DNA of 51,414 nucleotides from Gammaproteobacteria bacterium (GCA_050739335.1 JBOIBB010000024.1:1-51414), one strand, 5' to 3'; shown: positions 38,831 to 49,661, counted from the first letter of the stretch. A program made the numbers and translations. Notes: a model not told the origin generated them from the letters alone.

Positions 38831-38881
38831 GTTTACCCTGTGATCGAGCTTCGCGTACCACATCGTTAGAGCTGCAGAAGT

Positions 38882-40174
38882 ATGCCGCTTACCCCGCCGC
38901 GGTTTAGCACGCTCGCCGACTGGCTGCGCTGGCAGGAGCAACTGCACCCGAGCCGTATCGATCTTGGCCTCGAGCGCGTGCAGCGTGTGCTCGTTGCCAT
39001 GCAGTTACGCACGCCGCCGTTCAAGGTGTTGACTGTGGGGGGCACCAACGGCAAGGGTTCCTGTGTGGCGTTGCTGGATGCCATATTGCGTGCCCAGGGC
39101 TATCGGGTGGGCGCCTACACCTCGCCCCATATCCTGCGCTACAACGAGCGCGTGAGCGTGAACGGTATCGAGGCGAGCGATGCGGAACTGTGTGCGGCCT
39201 TCGCGCGCGTGGACGCGGCGCGGAGGGACATCCGTCTCACGTTTTTTGAATTCGGCACGCTGGCCGCGCTGGATATTTTCCGTACGCGCGGCATCGAAGT
39301 GGCGGCACTCGAGGTCGGCATGGGCGGGCGGCTCGACGCCGTGAACGCGGTGGACCCGCTCGGTGCTCTCGTAGTGTCGGTGGCGCTGGATCACATGGAG
39401 TGGCTCGGCCCGGATCGCGACAGTATCGGTTACGAAAAGGCCGGCATCTACCGGGATGCGCGCCCGGCCATCTGTGGCGACCGTGATCCGCCGGCGCGGC
39501 TGGTGGCGAGCGCGCAGACACGCGGTGCCGTGCTCGAAGTGCTCGGGCGGGATTTCGACTGGCAGCCGACGGCTACCGGCTGGACTTGGCGACGCGGCCG
39601 TGAGCTCATCGCCGCGTTGCCGGCGCCGGCTTTGCCGGGTCGCATCCAGTACGATAACGCCGCCAGCGTGATTGCACTCCTGCGAGCGGTACACGCGGAG
39701 CTGGCAGTGGACGAGTCCGCCATTCGGCGCGGTTTGCAGCAAGCACACATCGTCGCCCGGTTCGAGCGGCTCCCGGGCGCCATCGAGGTGATCTACGACA
39801 TTGCGCACAATGCGGCGGCCGCGCGGGTGCTGGCCGAGGAACTCGCGGCTGCTCCCGTGGCCGGACGGACACTCGCGGTGTGCGGCATGTTTCGCGACAA
39901 GGATCCGGGGGGCGTCGCGCGCGCACTCGCGGCGTGCATTGACCGCTGGTTTCTTGGCGGCCTGGAAGGGCCGCGCGGACAACGCGCGGCCGAGCTTGGC
40001 GCGAAACTGCGCACGGCAATGCCCGAGACCGCGACCGGCGAGTACGCCACGGTGGCGGATGCCTGGCGTGCCGCGCAGGCCGTGGCGCATCCGGGTGACC
40101 GGATTGTCGTGTTCGGATCGTTTTACACCGTGGCTGCCGTGTTGCGCGTGCGCGGGGAATCGGGTACCAATTAG
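38882..40174 (+). CDS. folC: Bifunctional folylpolyglutamate synthase / dihydrofolate synthase
   Basis: 430 aa with the P-loop VGGTNGKGS and SPHILRYNERV, a Mur-ligase-type fold. It follows the accD-folC synteny. Confidence 0.9.
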   Translation: MPLTPPRFSTLADWLRWQEQLHPSRIDLGLERVQRVLVAMQLRTPPFKVLTVGGTNGKGSCVALLDAILRAQGYRVGAYTSPHILRYNERVSVNGIEASDAELCAAFARVDAARRDIRLTFFEFGTLAALDIFRTRGIEVAALEVGMGGRLDAVNAVDPLGALVVSVALDHMEWLGPDRDSIGYEKAGIYRDARPAICGDRDPPARLVASAQTRGAVLEVLGRDFDWQPTATGWTWRRGRELIAALPAPALPGRIQYDNAASVIALLRAVHAELAVDESAIRRGLQQAHIVARFERLPGAIEVIYDIAHNAAAARVLAEELAAAPVAGRTLAVCGMFRDKDPGGVARALAACIDRWFLGGLEGPRGQRAAELGAKLRTAMPETATGEYATVADAWRAAQAVAHPGDRIVVFGSFYTVAAVLRVRGESGTN

Positions 40175-40209
40175 ACGCGCAGGCGTTGCGCAGAGAGGAG
40201 AGCAGAAAA

Positions 40210-40800
40210 ATGCAGGTCGGACTCAAGGAGCGCCTGATCGGCGCAGCCGTACTGGTCGTGATTGCGGCGATCGTGATTCCCTGGGTGCTCAAGGGCAATT
40301 CCACTCCGGGCGGTACCACGGTGAGCAAGCCTTTGACGCTGCCGCCCGCGAGTACCGCGGCGCCGGTCCCGACTGTTCGCTTGCCGTTGAATACCACCGG
40401 GGCACCTGCGTCGCCCGTGGTGTCCGGCGCAACTGCGAGCGCGGCGGCCATGCCGGCGGCGGTTCCTCCGGTGGCGCAGGCGCCAGTGACTCCAAAGCCG
40501 CGCGCCTCGGCACCTGAGGCTGCACACTCGCCCTCGGCAAATGCGCCGCTAACGGCAGTGCGCACCGGCAAGTGGGTGGTGCAGGTCGGGAGCTATGACA
40601 ACGAACACAGTGCACGCTCGGTTGAAACAAAGCTCGCGGCGCACGGTTACCATGCCTACGTGAGCCGTTACCGCGCCAAGGGACGCACCTATTACCGGGT
40701 GCGCGTGGGACCGTACGCAACGCGTACCACGGCAACGCATGAACTCGCAGGCGTGAACCGTGCCGCAGGCACCAAGGCCCTGGTGATGCCGAATTCCTGA
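40210..40800 (+). CDS. SPOR-domain (DedD-like) cell-division protein
   Basis: It has an N-terminal TM (LIGAAVLVVIAAIVIPWVL), a Pro/Ala-rich linker and a C-terminal SPOR domain (WVVQVGSYDNEHSARSVETKL…YYRVRVGPY). Its position between folC and cvpA matches E. coli dedD. Confidence 0.75.
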   Translation: MQVGLKERLIGAAVLVVIAAIVIPWVLKGNSTPGGTTVSKPLTLPPASTAAPVPTVRLPLNTTGAPASPVVSGATASAAAMPAAVPPVAQAPVTPKPRASAPEAAHSPSANAPLTAVRTGKWVVQVGSYDNEHSARSVETKLAAHGYHAYVSRYRAKGRTYYRVRVGPYATRTTATHELAGVNRAAGTKALVMPNS

Positions 40801-40836
40801 AGGCTCGCGGCTTGGGCGTAGCAGGCGCGCGGTGTC

Positions 40837-40845
40837 TGGTAAAAT
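40837..40845 (+). promoter_or_regulatory. Candidate extended -10 element (TGgTAAAAT) upstream of cvpA-purF
   Basis: TGGTAAAAT lies 45 nt upstream of the cvpA ATG. I see no convincing -35 element. Confidence 0.3.
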
Positions 40846-40889
40846 GGCGATCTTGATCCGACAGCGGCACGCCAAGCGGCCGGGCGCGC

Positions 40890-41411
40890 ATGACTTGGGT
40901 TGACTACATCATTATTCTGATTATTGTCGTTTCCGCGCTGATCAGCTTGTTGCGCGGCTTTCTGCGCGAAATCGTCTCGCTGATCACTTGGGTTGTGGGT
41001 TTCTGGGTGGCGCTGCGCTTTGCGCACCAGCTGGGCGCGGCCTTCAGCGTCATCCGCAACCCGTCGGTGCGTCTCATGGTAGCCTTCGTGGTGCTGTTCG
41101 TGCTCATCCTGATCGTGGGTGCGCTGATCAACGTCATCCTTGGCAAGGTCGTGAAGAAGATCGGTGCGGCGAGTTCCGACCGGGTCCTAGGGCTGTTGTT
41201 CGGCCTGTTGCGAGGCGTGGTGGTGGTGGCGGTGCTGGTGATTCTCGCGCGCTTTACCAGTTTCCCGGAGCAGCCCGCGTGGCGGCAGGCGCGGCTTGTG
41301 CCCTACGCGCAAGGCGTAACGGGCTGGATGCGCCGGGTGCTGCCCGAGCGGGTTTCCGAGGAAATGATGCACGGCCTGCACGCCGCGGCGGACCCGCGGC
41401 GCGCCCAATAG
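40890..41411 (+). CDS. cvpA: CvpA-family membrane protein (colicin V production protein)
   Basis: 173 aa starting [28 protein letters not shown]… with four TM segments. It sits upstream of purF as in E. coli. Confidence 0.85.
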   Translation: MTWVDYIIILIIVVSALISLLRGFLREIVSLITWVVGFWVALRFAHQLGAAFSVIRNPSVRLMVAFVVLFVLILIVGALINVILGKVVKKIGAASSDRVLGLLFGLLRGVVVVAVLVILARFTSFPEQPAWRQARLVPYAQGVTGWMRRVLPERVSEEMMHGLHAAADPRRAQ

Positions 41412-41422
41412 CGAGGTGTGAC

Positions 41423-42940
41423 ATGTGCGGCATTGTCGGCGTAGTCGGGGTCGGTGAGGTCAATCAGGTCATCTATGATGCCCTGCTGGTTTTGCAGCAT
41501 CGCGGCCAGGATGCCGCCGGCATCATGACCTGTGACGGCGGCCGTCTGTATCTGCGCAAGAGCAGCGGTCTGGTGCGCGATGTATTCCATCAGCGCCACA
41601 TGCTCAGGCTGCGCGGCCACATGGGTGTGGGGCACGTGCGCTATCCGACCGCCGGGAATTCCGGCTCCTCCGAGGCCCAGCCGTTCTATACCAACGCGCC
41701 CTATGGCATCGCCCTGGGGCACAACGGCAATCTCATCAACGCACCGGCGCTGCGCGACATGCTGTATCGCGAGGACCGCCGGCGCGTGGACACCGATTCG
41801 GATTCCGAGGTTCTGCTCAACGTGTTTGCCCACGAGTTGCAGCGTGTCGGCGGCCTGGAGGTGGACGAGCGCGACATCTTCCAGGCGGTCAGGGCGGTAC
41901 ACCGCCGCTGCCGTGGCGCCTATGCCACGGTCGCCATGATTGCCGGTTACGGCATCGTCGGCTTCCGTGATCCCTTCGGCATCCGTCCGCTGGTGTTCGG
42001 GCGGCGCGTCACCGAGCACGGCGTTGAATACATGATCGCCTCCGAGAGCGTGGCGCTCGATGTTTGCGGCTTCGCGCTCGTGCGCGACGTCGCGCCGGGC
42101 GAGGCTGTGGTCATCGACGCCCACGGCAATCTGCACGCCGAGCAGTGCGCCGAGCATCCGCAACACTCGCCCTGCATCTTCGAATACGTGTACTTCGCAC
42201 GCCCGGATTCCATCATGGACGACATCTCCGTGTACAAGGCGCGCATGCGTATGGGCGACAAGCTCGCGGAGAAAATCCAGCGCGAGTGGCCACAGCAGGA
42301 CATCGATGTGGTCATCCCGATTCCCGACACCAGCCGCACCAGCGCGCTGCAACTTGCGAACGGCTTGGGGGTGAAATTCCGCGAAGGCTTCATCAAGAAC
42401 CGTTATATCGGCCGCACCTTCATCATGCCGGGCCAGCAACTGCGCAGCCGCTCGGTGCGTCAGAAGCTGAACGCCATCGATCTCGAATTCAGCGGCAAGA
42501 ACGTGCTCTTGGTGGACGACTCCATCGTGCGCGGAACTACTTCGCAGCAGATCATCGAGATGGCGCGCACCGCCGGGGCCCACAAAGTGTACTTTGCTTC
42601 GGCTGCGCCGCCGGTACGTTTCCCGAACGTCTACGGCATCGATATGCCGGCCGCCGCGGAATTGGTGGCCCATGACCGCCGCGAGGAGCAGGTGGCCGAA
42701 CTGATCGGCGCCGACAAGCTGATTTACCAGAGGCTCGACGATCTCGAGGAGGCGGTGCGGCGCGGCAATCCCAAGGTTCAGCGCTTCGACAGCTCGGTGT
42801 TCTCGGGCGAGTACGTCACCGGCGACGTGACCGGCGCGTACCTCGCGGACCTCGCACGTGGGCGGGCGGAGGGCGTACGCGCGCAGCCCGCAGCGCGGCG
42901 CAACAGCCGCCACGCCATCGAAATGTACAACGTGACCTGA
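41423..42940 (+). CDS. purF: Amidophosphoribosyltransferase
   Basis: Starts at the catalytic Cys, MCGIVGVVG…, with [11 protein letters not shown] and the PRPP loop [13 protein letters not shown]. The 650-aa track ORF from 40988 is an artefactual extension across cvpA. Confidence 0.95.
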   Translation: MCGIVGVVGVGEVNQVIYDALLVLQHRGQDAAGIMTCDGGRLYLRKSSGLVRDVFHQRHMLRLRGHMGVGHVRYPTAGNSGSSEAQPFYTNAPYGIALGHNGNLINAPALRDMLYREDRRRVDTDSDSEVLLNVFAHELQRVGGLEVDERDIFQAVRAVHRRCRGAYATVAMIAGYGIVGFRDPFGIRPLVFGRRVTEHGVEYMIASESVALDVCGFALVRDVAPGEAVVIDAHGNLHAEQCAEHPQHSPCIFEYVYFARPDSIMDDISVYKARMRMGDKLAEKIQREWPQQDIDVVIPIPDTSRTSALQLANGLGVKFREGFIKNRYIGRTFIMPGQQLRSRSVRQKLNAIDLEFSGKNVLLVDDSIVRGTTSQQIIEMARTAGAHKVYFASAAPPVRFPNVYGIDMPAAAELVAHDRREEQVAELIGADKLIYQRLDDLEEAVRRGNPKVQRFDSSVFSGEYVTGDVTGAYLADLARGRAEGVRAQPAARRNSRHAIEMYNVT

Positions 42941-42965
42941 GCCGAGCGGCGTCGCAGGCTCCGAC

Positions 42966-44195
42966 GTGCAACCCGATCCGCGCCAGTGGCTATTGCAGTT
43001 GTTTCAGCACGGTCTCGTGGCGGTGAACGGGCGAGCCTGCGTGCACGCCTATCTCGCGGGGCGGCATTTCGACGGCCCGCTGTACCTCGTGGCGCTTGGC
43101 AAGGCGGCCGATGCCATGACCGCTGGCGCGCTGGATGCGATCGGCAACCAATTATCCTCAGGGCTCGTGGTAACCCGCTACGGTCACCAGGACTCGGCCG
43201 CCTACCGCGATCCGCGTATCGTGTTGCTGGAAGCCGGGCATCCGCTGCCTGACGAGGAGAGCCTGTCGGCGGGGCGCGCGCTCCAGCTGTTTTTGCACGA
43301 AGCCCCAGACAATGCCTGCTTTCTGTTTCTAATTTCAGGCGGCGCCTCGAGCCTTGCCGAGGTGCCGGCGGCTGGGGTGACACTCGCCAACTTGCGCAGT
43401 CTCGGGCGCTGGCTGCTCGCGAGCGGCCTGCCGATTGCGGCCGTTAATCGCGTGCGCTCTGCCTACTCCCTGATTAAAGGCGGGCGGCTGCTGCAGAACC
43501 TTGCCGGGCGCGAGGCCGAAGTGCTGCTCATCTCCGATGTGCCGGGCGATGTGCCGGAACACATCGGCTCGGGTCCGCTGCTGCCGCCGCTGCCGGGACC
43601 GTTCCCGGAATTGCCGGAGCAGTTCCACAGTCTGCACCGGCAGCCCGAAGCGCAGGGCTTCGACGTGAGCCGCGTGCACGTACACCTGCTGGCTACCAAT
43701 CAGCAGGCACGCCGGCTGGTGCACGATGCCGCCTGCGCGGGAAGCGACCCCGTGCATCTGCACGCGGATTTGCCGGCCAGCCGCGCCATCGAATGCGGCC
43801 AGGAGATCGCCAGATATCTGTGCGGCGCGGCTCCCGGCGTACACATCTGGGGCGGCGAAACCGTGGTGTGTCTGCCGGAACACCCCGGACGCGGCGGACG
43901 TAATCAGCACCTTGCGCTTGCGGCCGCTTGCAAGCTCGTTGGCCGCAACGACATCTGGCTGCTGGCGGCGGGCACCGACGGTACCGACGGCAATTCCTCG
44001 GACGCCGGTGCGGTTGTCGATGGCGGCAGCGTGGCCCGTGGCGAGCAGGCGGGCTTTGACGCGGCCGAATGCCAGGAGCGTGCTGACGCCGGCAGTTTTC
44101 TCGAAGCGAGTGGCGACTTGGTGTACACCGGCCCCACCGGCACCAACGTGATGGACCTGGTGATCGCCTACAAGTCGGCAGGCCGCGCGGTTTGA
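42966..44195 (+). CDS. MOFRL-family glycerate 2-kinase / hydroxypyruvate-reductase-like protein (DUF4147+MOFRL)
   Basis: 409 aa with LVALGKAA…, LISGGASSL and a C-terminal LLAAGTDGTDGNSSDAGA…TGPTGTNVMDL. Confidence 0.75.
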   Translation: MQPDPRQWLLQLFQHGLVAVNGRACVHAYLAGRHFDGPLYLVALGKAADAMTAGALDAIGNQLSSGLVVTRYGHQDSAAYRDPRIVLLEAGHPLPDEESLSAGRALQLFLHEAPDNACFLFLISGGASSLAEVPAAGVTLANLRSLGRWLLASGLPIAAVNRVRSAYSLIKGGRLLQNLAGREAEVLLISDVPGDVPEHIGSGPLLPPLPGPFPELPEQFHSLHRQPEAQGFDVSRVHVHLLATNQQARRLVHDAACAGSDPVHLHADLPASRAIECGQEIARYLCGAAPGVHIWGGETVVCLPEHPGRGGRNQHLALAAACKLVGRNDIWLLAAGTDGTDGNSSDAGAVVDGGSVARGEQAGFDAAECQERADAGSFLEASGDLVYTGPTGTNVMDLVIAYKSAGRAV

Positions 44196-44803
44196 GCCTA
44201 TCTGCCTTCGGTGAATTGCTCACCTGTGCGACGCCGTCGGCCTGGGTGGCCAGTGCTGCCGCGCATCTCGAGTTGTTGTTGCTGGATCACGCGAATTGCG
44301 AGAAGAAGGCCGCGGCCACGGCTTTCCGCCTCATGTTCCGCTACGGCGACCGCCACCCCGGCCTGCAGGCGCCGCTCTCGCGCCTCGCGCGTGAAGAGCT
44401 GCGCCACTTCGAACAGGTGCTGCGCCTGCTCGCACAGCGCGGCATCGCGATGCGTCCGCTCACCGCCTCGCGGTATGCCGCGGGCCTGCAGCGCACGGCG
44501 CGGGCGCACGATCCGGCCCGGCTCACGGATTTACTGCTGATCGGCGCCTTGATCGAGGCGCGCTCCTGCGAGCGCTTCACGGCGCTTGCCCCGGCGCTTG
44601 ACCGCGAGCTCGCCGAGTTTTACCGCGCGCTCGCCGCCGCGGAGGCCCGGCATTGTTCCCTGTACCTGAAGCTTGCGCAGCAGCACGCGCCGGAGAACCT
44701 TGCGCCGCGCATCGCGTACTTTGCCGCCACAGAGAGCGCGCTCATCGAAGGCACAGACACCGAGTTCCGCTTCCACAGTGGCGTGCCGCAACCCCAGAGC
44801 TGA
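44192..44803 (+). CDS. miaE: tRNA-(ms2io6A37)-hydroxylase MiaE
   Basis: 203 aa with the diiron four-helix motifs LLLDHANCEKKAA…, REELRHFEQV and IEARSCERF…AEARH. Confidence 0.85.
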   Translation: MSLSAFGELLTCATPSAWVASAAAHLELLLLDHANCEKKAAATAFRLMFRYGDRHPGLQAPLSRLAREELRHFEQVLRLLAQRGIAMRPLTASRYAAGLQRTARAHDPARLTDLLLIGALIEARSCERFTALAPALDRELAEFYRALAAAEARHCSLYLKLAQQHAPENLAPRIAYFAATESALIEGTDTEFRFHSGVPQPQS

Positions 44804-44830
44804 TACGGGCACGCGACTCTAGTGTGCGCC

Positions 44831-45568
44831 TCAGCCGTCGCTACGTGCCACGCGCCGGTCGTGCAACTCGAAGCCGTGGGCATCGACACTCAGTACACTC
44901 GACTGGGCGTACCAATCGCCCAACACGATGCGCGTGTGCTCGCGGCCGTCCGCGGTAAATCGGTGCACCGCCGGGCGGTGCGTATGTCCATGGATCAGCC
45001 GCGTTACGCTGTGTGCGCGCATCACCCGTTCCACTTCGCCCTGGTTCACGTCCATCAGGTAATCGGCCTTCTCGGCATTACGGTTTTGGCTGGCGTTGCG
45101 CGCGCGCCGCGCAAAGTCTCGCCGTTCTGCAAGCGGGCGTGCCAGAAAGGCCTGCTGCCAGGTCGGGTCGCGCATCGTGCGGCGGAACGCCTGGTATTCG
45201 GTGTCCTCGGTGCAGAGCGTGTCACCGTGCATGAGGAGCGTGGCCGTGCCGTAGAGTTCTACGACACTTGGATCCGGCAGCAGCCGGCAACCGGTCGCTA
45301 CCGCGAAGCGCTCGCCGATCAGGAAATCGCGATTGCCGTGCATGAAAAATACCGGTATGCCGGCGGCGCTAAGCGCATGCACACCGGCGAGCACGCGGGC
45401 ATGGTGCGCATCGGGATCGTCGTCGCCAATCCAGACTTCGAAAAAATCCCCGAGGATGTACAGAGCTTCGGCACCGTGCGCCTCGGTGGCGAGGAACTCG
45501 AGGAACTGCGCGGTAATCTGCGGCCGCGAAGGGTCGAGGTGCAGGTCTGAAATAAATAACGTTGTCAT
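44831..45568 (-). CDS. lpxH: UDP-2,3-diacylglucosamine diphosphatase
   Basis: Starts MTTLFISDLHLDPSRP…LYILGDFFEVWIGDDD…MHGNRD…GHTHRP, a calcineurin-like metallophosphatase. Confidence 0.92.
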   Translation of the reverse strand: MTTLFISDLHLDPSRPQITAQFLEFLATEAHGAEALYILGDFFEVWIGDDDPDAHHARVLAGVHALSAAGIPVFFMHGNRDFLIGERFAVATGCRLLPDPSVVELYGTATLLMHGDTLCTEDTEYQAFRRTMRDPTWQQAFLARPLAERRDFARRARNASQNRNAEKADYLMDVNQGEVERVMRAHSVTRLIHGHTHRPAVHRFTADGREHTRIVLGDWYAQSSVLSVDAHGFELHDRRVARSDG

Positions 45569-45572
45569 GACG

Positions 45573-45737
45573 TCAGTCGAGTGGTCTCTGTAGCAGCACT
45601 GTTTTCAGGATTAGGACTTGCTGGAGCCGTGCACGCGCGCGGTCGAGTTGCACCACGAAGCTCCCGAGCTTGGTCTCGATGGCCACATCCGTGTAAGAGT
45701 TCGTGAGCGCGGCGGACGCGGGTGTTTGCACCGGCAT
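45573..45737 (-). pseudogene. ppiB: Remnant of a cyclophilin-type peptidyl-prolyl isomerase (ppiB position)
   Basis: This 54-aa ORF reads MPVQTPASAALTNSYTDVAIETKLGSFVVQLDRARA… and matches the N-terminal beta-strand of PpiA/B (V.l.T..G.i.leLd…AP). It ends after 17 more residues (…VLILKTVLLQ), so the approximately 110-aa catalytic core is missing. Its position upstream of lpxH and divergent from cysS is where ppiB lies in E. coli. Confidence 0.45.
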
Positions 45738-45879
45738 CTCGCTGCAGCCCGGGAACACGAGCGGCGAGCAGGCGTTTCGGCATCGGAGAACTCCGTGGCG
45801 TGGCGTTATGATAGGGGCGGGTCCGCAAAAATCACAATCGGGCAAGGAGCGCAGTTCGGGCCTGTTAGAATGCCGCGCC

Positions 45880-47301
45880 ATGGACGTGCGTACCCGTTTT
45901 GCGCCGAGCCCAACCGGTCAACTGCATGTCGGCAATGCACGTACCGCCTTGTTTTGCGCACTGCTCGCCGAACAGGCATCTGGAGCGTTTCTGCTGCGTA
46001 TCGAGGACACGGACCGGCAACGCTCCTGCGCCGAGTTCGAAGCCGGGCTCATGGCGGATCTCACTTGGCTCGGCTTGCGCTGGCAGGAAGGCCCGGACGT
46101 CGGCGGACCGCGGGGGCCCTACCGGCAGTCCGAACGTGACACGATTTACCGCGCGCAGCTCGACAAGTTGACCGCCGCCGGCCGGACATATCCCTGCTTT
46201 TGCACTCCGCTCGCGCTCGCGGCGGCCCGTCAAGCGCAACTCGCGGCGGGACAGCCGCCGCGCTACGCAGGCACCTGTGCGCAGTTGAGTCCACACGAGG
46301 TTGAGGCGCGCTTGGCGCAGGGTCGCAAACCGGCCGTGCGCTTTCGCGTGCCCGAAGGCGGCACCACGGTGTTCGATGACTTGGTGCGCGGACGGCAGAG
46401 CTTCGCGCACCGGGATATCGGCGATTTTGTGATTCAGCGTGCCGATGGCAGCCCGGCGTTCTTTTTCAGCAATGCAGTGGACGATGCGCTCATGGACATC
46501 AGCCACGTATTGCGCGGCGAAGATCATCTGGCCAACACGCCGCGCCAGATTTTGCTCCTGCAGGCGCTGGATCTGCCGGTACCGCGCTACGGACACCTGC
46601 CGCTCATCGTCGGCGCGGGCGGCGCGCCGCTCGCGAAACGCGAAGGCGGCGGCAGCCTCGTTGATTTGCGCGCCGCGGGCATATTGCCGCTGGCGCTCTT
46701 GAATTACCTGGCGCGCCTCGGGCACCGCTATGCGGACAACGGGCTCAAGTCGTTCGCGGAGCTCGCGCGCGCGTTCGCCATCGAGCACATTGGTCATGCG
46801 CCGGCGCATTACGATCCGGCGCAACTCGAACACTGGCAGCGCCTCGCGGTGCGTGCCGCGCCAGCGCCAGAGTTGTGGGCGTGGCTCGTGATGGCTGCGC
46901 CGGAGTTGACGGAGTCTGTGCCGCAAGATCAGCGTGCAGCGTTTCTTGAACTCACGCGGGAAAACTTTTCTCACCCGGCCCAGGCCCGCACTTGGGCGGG
47001 CATCCTGTTTGGCGCGGCGCTGGCGCCTGACGAGACGGCACGTGCAGCGGCGAGCGCCGCGGGCCGCAACTTTTTCGAGCAGGCACTGGAATGCTTTCTC
47101 TCTCGCCCACGTGATTTTCGCGAATTTTCCCGCGCCGTGGGTGCGCAGACCGGGCTTTCAGGCCGGCCGCTGTTCGCGCCGTTGCGCGCCGCGCTGACCG
47201 GCGTGCTGCACGGACCGGAGATGGACCGCCTGTGGCGCTTCATGGCCCCGGCACTCATCGAAGCGCGCCTGCGCACCGCACTCGCGACCTTCAGCGGCTG
47301 A
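45880..47301 (+). CDS. gltX: Glutamate--tRNA ligase
   Basis: Starts [25 protein letters not shown] (HIGH motif), with IEDTD, the Zn-knuckle CFC…YAGTC and [10 protein letters not shown]. At 473 aa it includes an anticodon-binding domain. The track extension from 45703 is rejected. Confidence 0.88.
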   Translation: MDVRTRFAPSPTGQLHVGNARTALFCALLAEQASGAFLLRIEDTDRQRSCAEFEAGLMADLTWLGLRWQEGPDVGGPRGPYRQSERDTIYRAQLDKLTAAGRTYPCFCTPLALAAARQAQLAAGQPPRYAGTCAQLSPHEVEARLAQGRKPAVRFRVPEGGTTVFDDLVRGRQSFAHRDIGDFVIQRADGSPAFFFSNAVDDALMDISHVLRGEDHLANTPRQILLLQALDLPVPRYGHLPLIVGAGGAPLAKREGGGSLVDLRAAGILPLALLNYLARLGHRYADNGLKSFAELARAFAIEHIGHAPAHYDPAQLEHWQRLAVRAAPAPELWAWLVMAAPELTESVPQDQRAAFLELTRENFSHPAQARTWAGILFGAALAPDETARAAASAAGRNFFEQALECFLSRPRDFREFSRAVGAQTGLSGRPLFAPLRAALTGVLHGPEMDRLWRFMAPALIEARLRTALATFSG

Positions 47302-47306
47302 GTTCC

Positions 47307-48743
<1,437 letters not shown>

Positions 48744-48747
48744 TTGC

Positions 48748-48778
48748 TTGACGTGGTAGCTCGGGGGGGGGGTAGTAT
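48748..48778 (+). promoter_or_regulatory. Candidate sigma-70 promoter with a G10 tract in the spacer
   Basis: TTGACG (48748-48753), a 19-nt spacer, then TAGTAT (48773-48778). A GGGAG RBS and the ATG at 48808 follow. Confidence 0.45.
48763..48772 (+). repeat. Homopolymeric G10 tract
   Basis: Ten consecutive G form the longest homopolymer I found in the window; other runs are 7 nt or shorter. Confidence 0.95.
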
Positions 48779-48807
48779 CCAACGCGTTATTTCAAGGGAG
48801 TGTCATC

Positions 48808-49536
48808 ATGAATCGTTCGCTTTTTCAGTGCAGTGCTGCCGTGCTTGGCCCGCATTACCGAGTTCCTACGCGGCTGCTTTGCATTGCCATACTGGCGGGC
48901 GGACTAGCGCTTGTTTCGTTAGCCGCGCGGGCGGCCGATGACGGTTGGTATGTCGGAGCGGATGCCGGGCAGTCCCACTTCACTGGCATGAACAGCCCCG
49001 GGGTGGTGGTTCCTCAGGGCTTTGGCGACACCGATTCCGGCTACCGGCTAACCGCTGGATACAACTTCGACGGCACTTTCTCAGTCGAAGGCGGCTACGT
49101 ACATTTGAGCGAGGTCACCGGCAGTACCACGGAACTGGGAGCTACTCCTGGCGGGTGGACCTGTGGGATAATTTGTGCCCAATCCTACATACTCAACGCC
49201 GAGCTCAGCGCACACGGCTGGGTGCTAGAGGCCGTAGGCCGCTATCCTTTCACCGATCAGTGGGCGATATTCGTGCGTGCCGGTGGCATTCGCGCCGCTT
49301 CTGAACTGAGTTTAAGGTTTACGCTAATTCCTCCCTACAATTCCTGTTTTTGTCAGAACTCGAGCGACACCAGCCAGGACACCGAGCTTACTTACGGGTT
49401 GGGCGTGCGGTGGTCATTTGCCAGCAACTGGGCGGCGCGCTTGAGCTGGGACCGCTACGCGGGCCTGGGCCACGATCTCCCCATAGGCAGTTTCAATGTG
49501 AGTCTGACATCACTCGGCATCATGTATCAGTTCTGA
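48808..49536 (+). CDS. Outer-membrane beta-barrel protein (OmpA-like/opacity-porin-family barrel)
   Basis: 242 aa with a signal peptide (…SLAARA|ADDGWYVGADAG). It shows alternating aromatic/Gly beta-strand periodicity and the C-terminal signature …LGIMYQF ending in Phe. The N-region is long, so the exact start is uncertain. Confidence 0.75.
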   Translation: MNRSLFQCSAAVLGPHYRVPTRLLCIAILAGGLALVSLAARAADDGWYVGADAGQSHFTGMNSPGVVVPQGFGDTDSGYRLTAGYNFDGTFSVEGGYVHLSEVTGSTTELGATPGGWTCGIICAQSYILNAELSAHGWVLEAVGRYPFTDQWAIFVRAGGIRAASELSLRFTLIPPYNSCFCQNSSDTSQDTELTYGLGVRWSFASNWAARLSWDRYAGLGHDLPIGSFNVSLTSLGIMYQF

Positions 49537-49661
49537 CTCTATGTGTACAAGGTGAGGATTGCTTCGCGCTGGCCGGCGCAGCGGCGTCAAGTGCCCGACG
49601 AATCTCCGTTTTGCTACCGAGGGTATATTGGCGTTCTGCGGTTGATCATGGTCGCGCGATT

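Noticed and set aside
38687-38869. 60-aa Cys/His-rich ORF (TTG start) in the accD-folC spacer as a small zinc-binding protein.
   Set aside because: It has a TTG start overlapping the accD stop and no RBS, and its codon usage is unlike the neighbouring genes. The region is better explained as regulatory DNA, so it is kept only as a note inside the sigma-54 finding.
40988-41422. N-terminal 145-aa extension of purF in the track ORF, overlapping all of cvpA. Similar extensions affect gltX (45703-45879), cysS (47232-47306), accD (37725-37766), aroC (29317-29364), mlaF-like (23573-23710), the MCE gene (24340-24489) and rluC (11818-12036).
   Set aside because: Conserved N-termini such as MCGIVG, MDVRTRF, MNWFKK and MSGNTFG begin at internal start codons. 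The extensions overlap upstream genes or leaders and have junk-like composition.
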